In this document: positions 45,275 through 61,415 of the stretch, piece after piece
How the letters are laid out: the number at the start of each line of letters is the position of its first letter
Numbering within the stretch: position 1 is the stretch's first letter
NCBI GenBank assembly: GCA_964016885.1
Contig: OZ024762.1
Location: 21,638,001-21,702,000 of the forward strand
Length of the DNA: 64,000 nucleotides
Reading direction: 5' to 3'
From: Eledone cirrhosa
Lineage: Eukaryota
Made by a program: the position numbers and the translations under genes
The notes under the pieces: model-generated
Databases searched by the model: none
What the model saw: the letters and a program-made list of their open reading frames with translations, nothing else
Told to the model about the DNA's origin: nothing

Positions 45275-45276
<2 letters not shown>
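45209..45276 (-). ncRNA. Minimal hammerhead motif with CCGACGA core variant
   Basis: Minus strand reads tcttat-CCGACGA-a-cgaatgaggacg...cgtcttattcg-g-GAAA-cctctgg-TA-atgagg; stem III resembles that of the 3647 motif. Confidence 0.5.
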
Positions 45277-45315
<39 letters not shown>

Positions 45316-45406
45316 CGAAGGAAATGTGGTAAGGAACCAGGTGGACCATAACGCACCAAAGTACTCAATACTTGAGGTAGTAGAGTGGGTAATAGGAACC
45401 AGTAAG

Positions 45407-45500
45407 ACCCCGACAGCTGAGCTCAAGCCGTTTCGACGGCTAATTCTGGACTAAATGAAAATTTATCCTGGTATTTAAATAGCCGATCTTCTCAAGGGGT
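45407..45500 (-). ncRNA. Mirror copy of the U3:A8 hammerhead in the opposite inverted-repeat arm
   Basis: Reverse complement of 46497-46590. Confidence 0.7.
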
Positions 45501-46496
45501 AATTCCATATATGGTCAAAGTGGTTGTCAAAAATCAGTAGTAATTCTGTGGTTGCAAATTAGTAGGGGAGATGGTGGCTAAACCTGCCAGTAGGAGAAAG
45601 AGGGGAGGGGTGGAGTAGCCCCAATCAAGCGTTTGTAGTGCCAGCTACAGCTGGGCATGAGGTCAAAGAAGATACAGGGGAGGGGGGAGGGAGGGGGGGG
45701 GGGAAGTCGGAACGGTAGGTAGAACAATGGGGGGTAGAAATAATACTGAGAGTGAAGAAGAGCAAATAAGTGTAAAGAAAAACAAATGAGTGTAAAGAAA
45801 AAAGTACTTTTACTTCGTACGAACTTTCATGTAGCTTGTTTTAGATCTTTTAGAGTTAGCATTAGTATATATTTTTCTCGGGACTCAGAATTATTATCTC
45901 GTATTAGTTCACTTTGCTGCACTGGGTGGTTGCCGGAATTGTGCCCGGGATGGAAACCTTTATTGTTTATTTCGTGGTAGTCTCTTTAGTATTTTAGCCC
46001 CTTTTGTTGACCCGTCACCGTATCATTTACGTACTTATACCTCTTAAAAGGGTATTCGCCTATACCGTCCCACCTAGTTCTTTTACTTATTTCGTTATTT
46101 CTTTATTTCTTTCTTTACTTCTTTCTTTCTTTCTTTATTTATTTTTTCTAGACTAACAATAGCTAGAGACCTAGGTCGTAGAATTTAATTTACTTTACTT
46201 TTTTCTTTACACTCATTTGTTTTTCTTTACACTTATTTGCTTTTCTTCACTCTCAGTATTATTTCTACCCCCCATTGTTCTACCTACCGTTCCGACTTCC
46301 CCCCCCCCCTCCCCCTCCCCTGTATCTTCTTTGACCTCATGCCCAGCTGTAGCTGGCACTACAAACGCTTGATTGGGGCTACTCCACCCCTCCCCTCTTT
46401 CTCCTACTGGCAGGTTTAGCCACCATCTCCCCTACTAATTTGCAACCACAGAATTACTACTGATTTTTGACAATCACTTTGACCATATATGGAATT

Positions 46497-46590
46497 ACCC
46501 CTTGAGAAGATCGGCTATTTAAATACCAGGATAAATTTTCATTTAGTCCAGAATTAGCCGTCGAAACGGCTTGAGCTCAGCTGTCGGGGT
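46497..46590 (+). ncRNA. Type I hammerhead ribozyme, U3:A8 core variant
   Basis: Stem I acccc/ggggt; core TTGAGAA 46502-46508; stem II ga(t)cggcta/tagccgtc; GAAA 46563-46566; stem III cggc/gctg; GUC site ending at 46585. Confidence 0.7.
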
Positions 46591-46994
46591 CTTACTGGTT
46601 CCTATATATATATATATATATATATATATTAGTCAACACTATCTTTTAAAAAACAAACAAACAATAAGTAAATCAATAAGAAATACCTAGTAGCCTCCCT
46701 TGAAATATAATGGACTTTCCAGTATAAGTTATGCACCTTAGATATATATTTTTTCGTTTATTTTCCCTTCAATAGTTACGTTTTCTTGTAATTTTTTTTT
46801 TTTACCGATCATCTGCTATTCGTATTACGCATTGTATTACGCTTATACTGGTGTATCACATTCAATGATTTTGTTTATCAAATTCCATTTACAAGGGTAT
46901 TGTTTAAGCCAAAGCTACAGCAGAAGATACGTCGCAGTGGGATTAAACCCGGAACCACTTGGTTAAGATCCCGCAGCTATAGCTGCGTCAATAT

Positions 46995-47177
46995 GTGGAT
47001 TGGCAGTATCGGTAGAGGGTCGGACGCCATGCTTTCCAGCAGAGTTACGTCCCTTTACGACCTGAGTTCAAATCCCGCCGAGGTTGACTTTGCCTTTCAT
47101 CCTTACGGGGTCGATAAAATAAAGTACCAGTAATGCACTGGGTAATTGCTGGCCTTGTGCCTAAAGTAGAAACAAAT
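46995..47177 (+). mobile_element. SINE family 1
   Basis: Near-identical to 7974-8160. Confidence 0.85.
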
Positions 47178-47359
47178 ATATATATATATATATATATTTG
47201 TGTGTGTGTGAGAGGGTGTGAGTGTGTGAGTGAGTGTGTGTTTGAGTGACTGTGTGTGTGTTTGTATGTGTGCATCTGTATGCACGCACACACACAAAAC
47301 ACACACACATATATATATATAGGGACATATGCATACACCAGACATGATAACTGTCACTT

Positions 47360-47700
47360 CTTTACAGAAGAGGGTCATCTCTCCAGCGTTGTGCTAAACG
47401 GCCATGAGCCCGCCAATGACTCTGCAACCTACCTCGCTTCTGCATACTTATTGAGAGATGTGATAAGGCCTTTGGATAGTATTGAATGTAACTTGCTCCT
47501 TATGCACTCTTCAGTCCAGCAGATAATCTACAAACGTTGTAGCTAAACTGACACCTATACCCCTCAGATATTTCAGGGAGAACCCCAACATAATCGGCTC
47601 CAGTCTGCTGATTGCTGTGACCTCTTAAATGACTAGCAAGCCCAACTCGAGAAAGAATAACCTTTCCGCAGATGTTATAGACAATCTGAGTATACACCAC
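47360..47700 (-). mobile_element. RTE-type 3' fragment with two degenerate C2H2 fingers
   Basis: ICGKVILSRVGLASHLRGH...YRCQF.YNVCRLSAGLKS; shares ggagagatgaccc with the element at ~239-251. Confidence 0.55.
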
Positions 47701-48212
47701 CTTTCCTAAGTCTTCTTTTAACCGTTTAGCATATACATTACTCTATATATACGGTTATATTTTCACAGTAAAGGCTTTACCTCACATAATTATCTCACAT
47801 AATATCTAATCTATGAGATTTTGATATTATTTATTTTGAGAACAATACCTTAACATCAGTATGAGTGGCCAGTTACAGCCATTTTCGTCAGAAAGAAGTG
47901 AGAGAATTCTGGTCGGATATGGCCGGTTTAAATGCTCAAAATTTTTGACCCCAAATCGATTAGAATCATTCATAAACCAGCCTTCGCCAACCAGATCTAC
48001 ACTTCCTCGATATGCTAAATAGTGGATTCGAACCAGGCAGCAAATGATTGCAAAGTGGGCTTCTTAAAAATTCGGATATCCTACGTTCAATAGATTATTT
48101 ATTTAATGTATATAAACAATGATAAACAATGAAAATATACTACACACTGACGAGGTAAAATAAATAGCAAGAATAAAATTTCTACAAGGGAGATAACCCC
48201 AAAAAATTGAAA

Positions 48213-48288
48213 ATGACTTGGGTTGTCTCCCTTGGACTGGTCGTCTGCGTGTTACGTTTTTCCAGCGTTCGTGATCCGAGCATATGTG
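48213..48288 (+). CDS. Candidate first coding exon with signal-peptide-like N-terminus (MTWVVSLGLVVCVLRFSSVRDPSIC-G)
   Basis: aaaATG start, hydrophobic stretch, and a strong phase-1 donor G|GTGAGT at 48288/48289 in unique sequence. No downstream exon was identified. Confidence 0.3.
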
Positions 48289-48513
48289 GTGAGTTTTGTT
48301 GTTGCGCTGCCGTTATATTTATTGTTATTATTGTTGTTCCTTCTGTTGTTGTTGATGCTGCTGCTATCGTTGTTGTTGTTGTAGTTGTTGTTGTTGCTGT
48401 TGAAGATGCTGTTGCTGCTTCTGTTGTGATTGTTGTTGTCATCGTTTTAGTAATAGTAGTAGTTGTTTTACTGTTGTTGATAATCTTGCAGTGGCAGTAT
48501 TAGTAGTAGTAGA

Positions 48514-48592
48514 TCCTTACGGAATCGATAAAATAAAGTACCAGTAATACACTGTTTTATTGCTGGCATTGTGCCAAAAGTAGAAACAATTA
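48514..48592 (+). mobile_element. Truncated SINE family 1
   Basis: Core plus tail only. Confidence 0.7.
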
Positions 48593-48604
48593 TTATTATT
48601 ATTA

Positions 48605-48816
48605 TTAGTAGTAGTAGTAGTAGTAGTAGTAATAGAAGCAGTGGTAGTAGTAGTGGTAGTAGTAGTAGTAATAGTAGTAGTAGTAGTAATAGTAGTAGTA
48701 GTAAGTAGTAGTAGTAGTAATAGAAGTAGTAGTAGTAGAAGTAGAAGTAGTAGTAGTAGAAGTAGTAGCAATAGAAGTAGTAGTAGTAGTAGTAGTAATA
48801 GAAGTAGTAGTAGTAC

Positions 48817-48854
<38 letters not shown>

Positions 48855-49085
48855 ATAGAAGTAGTGGTAGTAGTGGTGGTGGTGGTGGTGGTGGTAGTAG
48901 TAGTAGTGGTGGTAGTAGTAGTAGTGGTGGTAGTAATAGAAGTAGTAGTAGTAGTAATAGAAGTAGTAGTAGAAGTAATAGAAGTAGTAGTAGAAGTAAT
49001 AGAAGTAGTAGTAGTAGTAGTAGTAGCAGCAGCAGTAGAATTAGTAGTAGCTGTAGTAGTTGTAGTAGTAGTAGAAGTAGCATCA
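48605..49085. repeat. (AGT)n compound tract
   Basis: Seen directly in the sequence. Confidence 0.95.
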
Positions 49086-49353
49086 TCATCATCAACAGTA
49101 GTAGTAGTATCATTTGTTGTTGTTGTTGTTGATGATTATGTTGCTTTTGTTATTGTAGTAGTAATAGTATTAGTAAGGTATGGTCTCATAACTCCCGATA
49201 GAGTCGTAGGGGGGCGCTGTAGTGGCATACGTCATTTCTTGGGCATTGTAAGCCTGGAGGGGTCCATCTCCTCTCTAAGTCTGAACACAGCAGATTCCTT
49301 CCAGAGAAGTGTGAGAGAGGAATTGTGAAAGAAATATGGAGAGAAAGAAGTGG

Positions 49354-49990
49354 CCCCAGTATGAGACTGGTACTTTTGTTAACGACCTCGCAAGTATGAA
49401 AGACAAAGTTGACCACGACGGGATTTGAACTCAGATAAGAGTAGAGAGTGAGAGAGAGGAGGTTAGAAAGAGATACAGAGGAAGATTTGACCCCAGTATG
49501 AGACTGGTATTTTTCTTATCTACCTCGGAAGGATTAAAGACAAAGTTGACCAATGCGGGATTTGAACTCAGATAAGAGTAGAGAGTGAGGGAGAGAAGGT
49601 TAGAAAGAGATACAGAGGAAGATTTGACCCCAGTATGAGACTGGTATTTTTCTTATCTACCTCGGAAGGATTAAAGACAAAGTTGACCACAGCGGGATTT
49701 GAACTCAGATAAGAGTAGAGAGTGAGAGAGAGGAGGTTAGAAAGAGATACAGAGGAAGATTTGACCCCAGTATGAGACTGGTATTTTTCTTATCTACCTC
49801 GGAAAGATTAAAGACAAAGTTGACCAATGCGGGATTTGAACTCAGATAAGAGTAGAGAGTGAGAGAGAGGAGGTTAGAAAGAGATACAGAGGAAGATTTG
49901 ACCCCAGTATGAGACTGGTATTTTTCTTATCTACCTCGGAAGGATGAAAGACAAAGTTGACCACCAAAGTTGAACTCAGATAAGAGAGAG
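49354..49990. repeat. 137-bp tandem repeat (~4.6 units) derived from a SINE family 1 body
   Basis: ccccagtatgagactgg recurs at 49354, 49491, 49628, 49765 and 49902. Confidence 0.9.
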
Positions 49991-50058
49991 TCGGAAGGAA
50001 TACCGCAAAGAACTCTATCCGACGTTCTGACTTTTGTCAATCCAGCGCCATTATAATA

Positions 50059-50245
50059 ATTGTTTCTACTTTAGGCACAAGGCCAGCAATTACCCAGTGC
50101 ATTACTGGTACTTTATTTTATCGGCCCCGTAAGGATGAAAGGCAAAGTCAACCTCGGCGGGATTTGAACTCAGATCGTAAAGGGACGTAACTATGCTGGA
50201 AAGCATGGCGTCCGACCCTCTACCGATTCTGCCAATCCACCGCCC
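50059..50245 (-). mobile_element. Full-length SINE family 1
   Basis: Reverse complement of the 7974-8160 type. Confidence 0.85.
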
Positions 50246-50299
50246 TTATAATAATAAAAGCAGTTAATGTTGTTGCTCATGTGGTTTGTATTGTTGTTA

Positions 50300-50330
<31 letters not shown>

Positions 50331-50331
50331 C

Positions 50332-50362
<31 letters not shown>

Positions 50363-50412
50363 CAGCGGATAATGAAATTGATGCTGTTGTTGAAGTAATA
50401 ATAGCAGTTGTA

Positions 50413-50443
<31 letters not shown>

Positions 50444-50617
50444 AACTCATATCAAATGTTGGTGTAACATGAAACAGAGGTCAACTGGGAGCTCTCACCA
50501 CAAACAACAACAACTACTACTACTACTACTACTATTACAGAAAAGAAATAACATATCGATAAACAAAAACAACAGATCGAACGAGAAGCATTTAATAAAA
50601 ACAACTTTCTGATGGCT

Positions 50618-52055
50618 CCACCACCACCACCTCAGCCAACACCACTACAGCCAACACCACCACCACCATCTCCTCAGCCAACACCACTACAGCCAACACC
50701 ACCACCACCACCTCAGCCAACACCACCACCACCATCTCCTCAGCCAACACCACTACAGCCATCACCACCACCACCTCAGCCAACACCACTACAGCCATCA
50801 CCACCACCACCACCACCTCAGCCAACACCACTACAGCCACCACCACCACCACCACCATCTCAGCCAACACCACTACAGCCATCACCACCACCACCACCAC
50901 CACCTCAGCCAACACCACTACAGCCACCACCACCACCACCACCACCACCTCAGCCAACACCACCAACACCACTACCACAGCCATCCCCACCACCAACCAC
51001 AACCTCAGCCAACACCACCAACACCACTACCACAGCCATCCCCACCACCAACCACAACCTCAGCCACCACCACTACCACAGCCACCACCACCACCACCAC
51101 CACCACCACCACCACCTCAGCCACCACCACCACCATCATCACCACCACCACAGCAACTGATACCACCACCACCACCACCACCACAGCGACTGATACCACC
51201 ACCACCACCACCACAGCGACTGATACCACCACCACCACCACCACCACCACCACAGCGACTGATACCACCACCACCACCACCACCACGACCACCACTACCA
51301 CCACCACCACCACCACCACCACAGCGACTGATACCACCACCACCACCACCACCACTACCACGACCACCACTACCACCACCACAGCGACTGATACCACCAC
51401 CACCACCACCACCACCACCACCACCACCACCACCACCACAGCGACTGATACCACCACCACCACCACCACCACGACCACCACTACCACCACCACCACCACC
51501 ACCACCACAGCGACTGATACCACCACCACCACCACCACCACCACCACCACCACCACCACTACCACGACCACCACTACCACCACCACCACCACCACCACCA
51601 CAGCGACTGATACCACCACCACCACCACCACTACCACGACCACCACTACCACCACCACCACCACCACAGCGACTGATACCACCACCACCACCACCACTAC
51701 CACGACCACCACTACCACCACCACCACCACCACGACCACCACTACCACCACCACCACCACCACCACCACCACCACCACCACCACCACTACCACGACCACC
51801 ACTACCACCACCACCACCACCACCACCACAGCGACTGATACCACCACCACCACCACCACCACCACCACAGCGACTGATACCACCACCACCACCACCACCA
51901 CCACCACCACTACCACGACCACCACTACCACCACCACCACCACCACCACCACAGCGACTGATACCGCCACCACCACCACCACCACCACCTCTCAGCCACC
52001 ACCACCACCACCACCACCACCACCACAGCGACTGATACCGCCACCACCACCTCCA
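50618..52055. repeat. (CCA)n-based compound repeat punctuated by cagccaac and cagcgactgatac motifs
   Basis: Seen directly in the sequence. Confidence 0.95.
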
Positions 52056-52286
52056 CCGCTGCCTCAGTCGCTGCCACAGAAAAGAAAATCATAGTCAAAT
52101 TAAATGTAAGAAAGCCGATGCCGAGAAAATTGGAAAGAATGTGTGTGTGATAGTCCTGTGAGAGTACTGCTTAGTAAAGCTGACAGCTCAGATATCTCGA
52201 GATGGAGAGCAGTACAGCTGTGGACGCTGGTCTGTGTATATGGATATGGATATATATGTATGTGTATGTGTGTATATATATGTGTG

Positions 52287-52324
<38 letters not shown>

Positions 52325-52387
52325 GTGTGTGTGTGTGTATGTATTTATATATATGTATGCATTTATATATGTATGTATATATATATA

Positions 52388-52420
<33 letters not shown>

Positions 52421-52433
52421 TTATGTATATATG

Positions 52434-52471
<38 letters not shown>

Positions 52472-52476
52472 TGTAT

Positions 52477-52515
<39 letters not shown>

Positions 52516-52946
52516 TGTATGTATGTATATATGCATGTATGTATATATGCATGTATATATATATGCATGTATGTATGTATGTATGTATATATGCATGTAT
52601 ATATATATGCATGTATGTATGTATGTATGTATGTATGTATGTATGTATGTATGTATGTATATATGCATGTATATATATATATATATGCATGTATATATAT
52701 ATGTGTATGTGTATGTATAAATATATATATATATGTATACATATATATATATATATATATATATGCATGTATGTATGTATATATGCATGTATGTATATAT
52801 GCATGTATATATATATGCATGTATGTATGTTTGTATGTATATATGCATGTATATATATATGCATGTATGTATGTATGTATGTATGTATATATGCATGTAT
52901 ATATATATATATGCATGTATATATATATGTGTATGTGTATGTATAA

Positions 52947-52988
<42 letters not shown>

Positions 52989-53130
52989 GCATGTATATAT
53001 ATATATATATATGTGTGTGTGTATGTATAAATATATATATATATAGAGAGAGAGATAAATGGGGGAGGCGTCTGTGTGTGTGTGTCTATGGATGTGTGTA
53101 TATATAGGTATATAAATGTATGGGTACCTG

Positions 53131-53175
<45 letters not shown>

Positions 53176-53347
53176 CGACATGTACAATATGTCACGCCTT
53201 TTAACGTATGTTTATTACTCTACGATGTTCTTATTGAGTGCTTCGTGCAAAACTTCCGAATATTGTCTTCTTGTGGATACTGGCCGAGCGCCGCAACTTC
53301 AATTTTATTCACTTCCACTCCTATATATATATATATATATATATATA

Positions 53348-53540
53348 TAGGAAAAAGTAAGACCCCGACGGCAGAGCTCAAGTCGTTTCGACAGCTATTT
53401 CTGGACTGAAATAGCCGTCGAAACGGCTTGAGCTTTGCCGTCGGGGGTCTTGCTTTTTCCTATTTCCCACTCTACTACCCTAAGTATTGAGTACTCTGGT
53501 GCGTTATGGTCCACCTGGTTCCTTACCAGACTTTTTTTGT

Positions 53541-53542
<2 letters not shown>
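53348..53542 (+). mobile_element. Family A 3'-end fragment with fold-back
   Basis: taggaaaaag...ctggactgaaatagccgtcgaaacgg...ttcctat, followed by the family A tail. Confidence 0.75.
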
Positions 53543-53589
<47 letters not shown>

Positions 53590-53927
53590 CAGAACACTAC
53601 GGCCACGATGACACACACACACACACACAAACACACCTACACCTACACGCACATACACCTATACACACATCTAAACCTACAGACACCCACACACCCACAC
53701 ACAATACCTCTACATACACACCTACACCTACACACATCTCACATATACATGCTCACATAAACTAACAAATACACACATCACGACATGCATATATATACAT
53801 ACATATACACACACACAAACACACACATATATATATATATATGTGTGTGTGAGTGTGTGTGTATGTGTGTGTGTGTAACACCAAGGCCTTAGTTTGTCCT
53901 TGTCAGGGGAGAGTGTGTGTGTGGGTA

Positions 53928-53980
<53 letters not shown>

Positions 53981-54412
53981 CATTGATACCTTAGTGTGTC
54001 GTTCTCTGGAGAAGTGCGTTTGCGTGTGCGTATGCGCTCGTGTGTGTGTGTGTATGTATATCTATTGGTTGTGTGTGTATGTGTGTATATTTGTGTACGT
54101 GTGTGCGAGGCTATGTACAGCAATAGCAAAGAATATATAAGTCTGTGATGCAGGCGTATGTATATGTCAATTACTCTATGTGTGTTTGTGTGTATGTGTG
54201 TGTGTGTGTGTGTGTGTGCATGTATGTATATGCGTGTGTGTCTGCATGTCATCGGTGTCGAAGTGTGTGCTTGTCTCTCTCTATATGTATGTGTGTGTGT
54301 TGCTCTCTCTATATCTGTGTACGTGTGTGTGCGAGCTATGTATAATGAAAGCGGATGAAGAGTTGTGGATATATATATATGTGTAGTGTGTATGTATATG
54401 TATATGTATATG

Positions 54413-54443
<31 letters not shown>

Positions 54444-54454
54444 GTATGTGTGTG

Positions 54455-54503
<49 letters not shown>

Positions 54504-54711
54504 GGGTGTGTATGTATATGTATATATATATATATATATGTATATGTATGTGTGTGTATGTTTCTGTATATATATATATATATATATTATACGTATGTGT
54601 GTATATATGTATGTGTGTGTATGTAAATGTATATATATATATATATATTATATGTATGTGTGTGTATATGTATATATATATATATATGTGTGTGTGTATA
54701 TATATATATAT

Positions 54712-54760
<49 letters not shown>

Positions 54761-54869
54761 TATATATATAAATATATATATATTAATATATGTATATATT
54801 TATATATGTATATATATATATATATATAAATATATGTATATATTTATATATATATAAATATATGTATAT

Positions 54870-55004
<135 letters not shown>

Positions 55005-55038
55005 TATGTATATATTTATATATATATGTATATATATG

Positions 55039-55089
<51 letters not shown>

Positions 55090-55356
55090 GTATATATATA
55101 TATTTATATATATGTATATATATATATTTATATATATGTATATATATATATTTATATATATGTATATATATTTAAATGTATATATATATTTATATATTTA
55201 AATGTATATATATATATATTTACATATGTATATATATTTACATATGTATATATATTTATATATGTATATATATATATTTATATATGTATATATATATATT
55301 TATATTTGTATATATATATATATATATATTTATATTTGTATATATATATATATTTG

Positions 55357-55403
<47 letters not shown>

Positions 55404-55530
55404 TTACATATGAATATATATATATTTATATATGTATATATATATATATTTACATATGAATATATATATATTTATATATGTATATGAATATATATATATT
55501 TATATATGTATATGAATATATATATATTTA

Positions 55531-55577
<47 letters not shown>

Positions 55578-55690
55578 TTGTATATATATATATATATTTA
55601 TATTTGTATATATATATATATAAATATTTATATTTGTATATATATATATATATTTATATTTGTATATATATATATATAAATATTTATATT

Positions 55691-55735
<45 letters not shown>

Positions 55736-55764
55736 ATATATATGTATATATATATATTTACATA

Positions 55765-55802
<38 letters not shown>

Positions 55803-55860
55803 TATATGTATATATATTTATATTTATATATAAATGGAGTGAGATATAGAGAGAAAATTT

Positions 55861-55997
55861 AGTCCAGATATAGCCGTCGAAACGGCTTGAGCTCTACCGT
55901 CGGGGTCATACTTTTTCCTATTTCCCACTCTACTACCCTAAGTATTGAGTACTTTGGTGCGTTATGGTCCACCTGTTTCCTTACCACAATTCCTTTG

Positions 55998-56000
<3 letters not shown>
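55861..56000 (+). mobile_element. Family A 3'-end fragment
   Basis: Starts at agtccagatatagccgtcgaaacgg and ends at cctttgtta plus (ta)n. Confidence 0.75.
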
Positions 56001-56042
<42 letters not shown>

Positions 56043-56053
56043 GAGATAGGTAG

Positions 56054-56084
<31 letters not shown>

Positions 56085-56217
56085 TAGGTAGATATATATA
56101 TAAAGAGAGATAGGTAGATATATATATATATGTAGAGAGAGAGTGATAGGTAGATATATATATAAAGAGAGATAGGTAGATATATATATGTATATATAGA
56201 GAGAGGGAGATAGGTAG

Positions 56218-56248
<31 letters not shown>

Positions 56249-56530
56249 TAACTATATATTTATATATATAGAGAGATAGATAGGGAGGTAGATAGGTAGG
56301 TAGAGCGAGGTATATGTTGGAGGAGGAAAAGAAGATAGTGAAATATTTCACAACTCCGAATCAATGGCTGGGATATTAAACATTCAAAGAACATAGGAAC
56401 ACATTACTAGATTTGAATGTGTGGCACATACACACACACATATACAGACCCCCCCCCACACACACGAACAAACACACACACACAAAGAAACAAACGAACA
56501 AATACATATAGATATACATCAACACGCAAT

Positions 56531-56595
<65 letters not shown>

Positions 56596-56621
56596 TATAT
56601 ATATATTATATATATATTATA

Positions 56622-56725
<104 letters not shown>

Positions 56726-56727
56726 AT

Positions 56728-56793
<66 letters not shown>

Positions 56794-56928
56794 AATATAT
56801 TTATACACACACATATATATATATATATTTATATATGTTTATACACACACATATATATATTTATATATATATTTATATATATTTATACACATATATATAT
56901 ATATATTTATATATATTTATACACACAC

Positions 56929-56986
<58 letters not shown>

Positions 56987-57115
56987 ATATATATATAGAT
57001 GTATGTATATATGTATGTGTGTATGTATTAATGTATGAATATATATATATGTATGTATATGGATACATATGTGCATGTATATATATGTATATATATATAT
57101 GTCTATGTATATATA

Positions 57116-57176
<61 letters not shown>

Positions 57177-57816
57177 ATATTGCGGAATTGTCATGTTGCC
57201 AAAGTTGCCAATAAACAGAAACACACGCACCATATAATATTCACTTTATCTTTGTTTATTGCTCGTTATTCATTGATTTATCAAAATTGTTTAGTCACAC
57301 ATTATGTGACCTCTTCAATGATTATCTGTTTTCTGCATATATTTTTTCTCGTCTTAAACTTCTACTCCATCTAGTCTATTTGTTGGTAACATGACCTTCC
57401 CCAAATACAACAGTATCGGTTTCAACACACGATTTTACATCAATAATCTTGCAAAACAAATACGTATATACATATATTTACATTCACACACGCATACACA
57501 CACGTATTTACATACATATATATATATATTTATATATAACTAATGACCATGGGATTTGAATCTAAAGAGTTCCCCGCCGTGGCACAAGTCTGGGAAAGGT
57601 TGTTTGTGGAAGACCAGATATACATTTGTATTTTAACTTTTATTTTCCACTTGTTTTATTTTTGTTTTATTTTTTCCTCGCTAACTCCACCCTCACTCCC
57701 TCTCTCGATGAAGGACTTATGCCCGAAACGTCGCGCCCACATCCTTCACTCTCACTAAGCGTGAACCTAATACCTTTTATAACTTGTACTCCTGCTTGTT
57801 GTTTTTTTACTTTCCT

Positions 57817-57893
<77 letters not shown>

Positions 57894-58025
57894 GTGTGTG
57901 TGTTTGTATTAGGATATGTGTTTAAAATGCCAGTATACTCAAAAGATGCAAATATTTACTGACAAAGCTGAAGTTTCGATGTCACTGTCATTTATCGACA
58001 TACACAATAACATTTCATACAAACA

Positions 58026-58127
<102 letters not shown>

Positions 58128-58292
58128 TATATACATCTTCCTGCTATATCAAGCGTTAACTTAATATATACCTTCCATATACTGTACCGATTGTGTTGTT
58201 ATTTCTGTTTACCTTTTACACACACACACACACATATATATACTATATATGTGTATGTATATTTTATTTATTTATTTATATATGTATGTGTG

Positions 58293-58323
<31 letters not shown>

Positions 58324-58328
58324 GTATG

Positions 58329-58359
<31 letters not shown>

Positions 58360-58396
58360 GTATATATGCATTTATATGTATATATGCATATATATG

Positions 58397-58428
<32 letters not shown>

Positions 58429-58869
58429 ATGTATATATGTATATATATATATACATATATATTTTTTTTTATGTATATATATATATGTATATATATGTAT
58501 ATATATATATATATGTATATATATGTATATATATATATATGTATATATAATGTATATATGTATATATATATATATATATGTGTATGTGTAAGTATGTATG
58601 TATATGCATATATATACATACATAGGCCGTGACATCGTTGATGCGTAACACGAAGGTTTCGTAGATATCGTGTTTATTTGTCCATCAGTCTGCCATATCT
58701 CAGTGTCTGCCTGTCCATCCATGCCCTTCCCACACATCACCCCTGCTCTTCCTTCGTGCACCTCTCACTTTTAGCCAGGCCGCCATTGGAACGGGCTGAC
58801 AACTTCAGTGGACATTAGGCAAATGGCGTCTGTTGCTTTTTATACTGGTCTTCTTTTTCCTTTCCATAC

Positions 58870-61303
<2,434 letters not shown>

Positions 61304-61415
61304 CGTGTTGTGAGAAAAACCACAGACCCTCCATCTCAACTGATTTCAGTAGAAAGCGACACATCAAGATATCATGTTATCCTAGAACCGGAAGTTAATG
61401 GTTGTTGATGGGTGG

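Larger units (their letters stand above)
45313..46605. mobile_element. Longest copy of hammerhead-bearing Penelope-like/retrozyme-type element family A, with ~410-bp inverted arms
   Basis: Arms 45392-45806 and 46196-46605 are near-perfect reverse complements around a 389-bp spacer. Both outer ends abut (TA)n. No ORF is evident. Confidence 0.65.

Noticed and set aside
49203-49220. CTCF-like aggggggcgctg
   Set aside because: Poor match in the 5' half of the motif; a single short hit is not supportable.
50612-51988. Pro-rich extensin-like and poly-Val ORFs
   Set aside because: They arise from a (CCA)n compound repeat that is open in several frames, with no unique coding sequence.
57705-57732. 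tcgatgaaggacttatgcccgaaacgtc and relatives at ~31817-31850 and ~11830-11860 (minus strand)
   Set aside because: They resemble Penelope-type minimal hammerheads, but the cores are mutated and stem I is unsupported, so they were not called as ribozymes.
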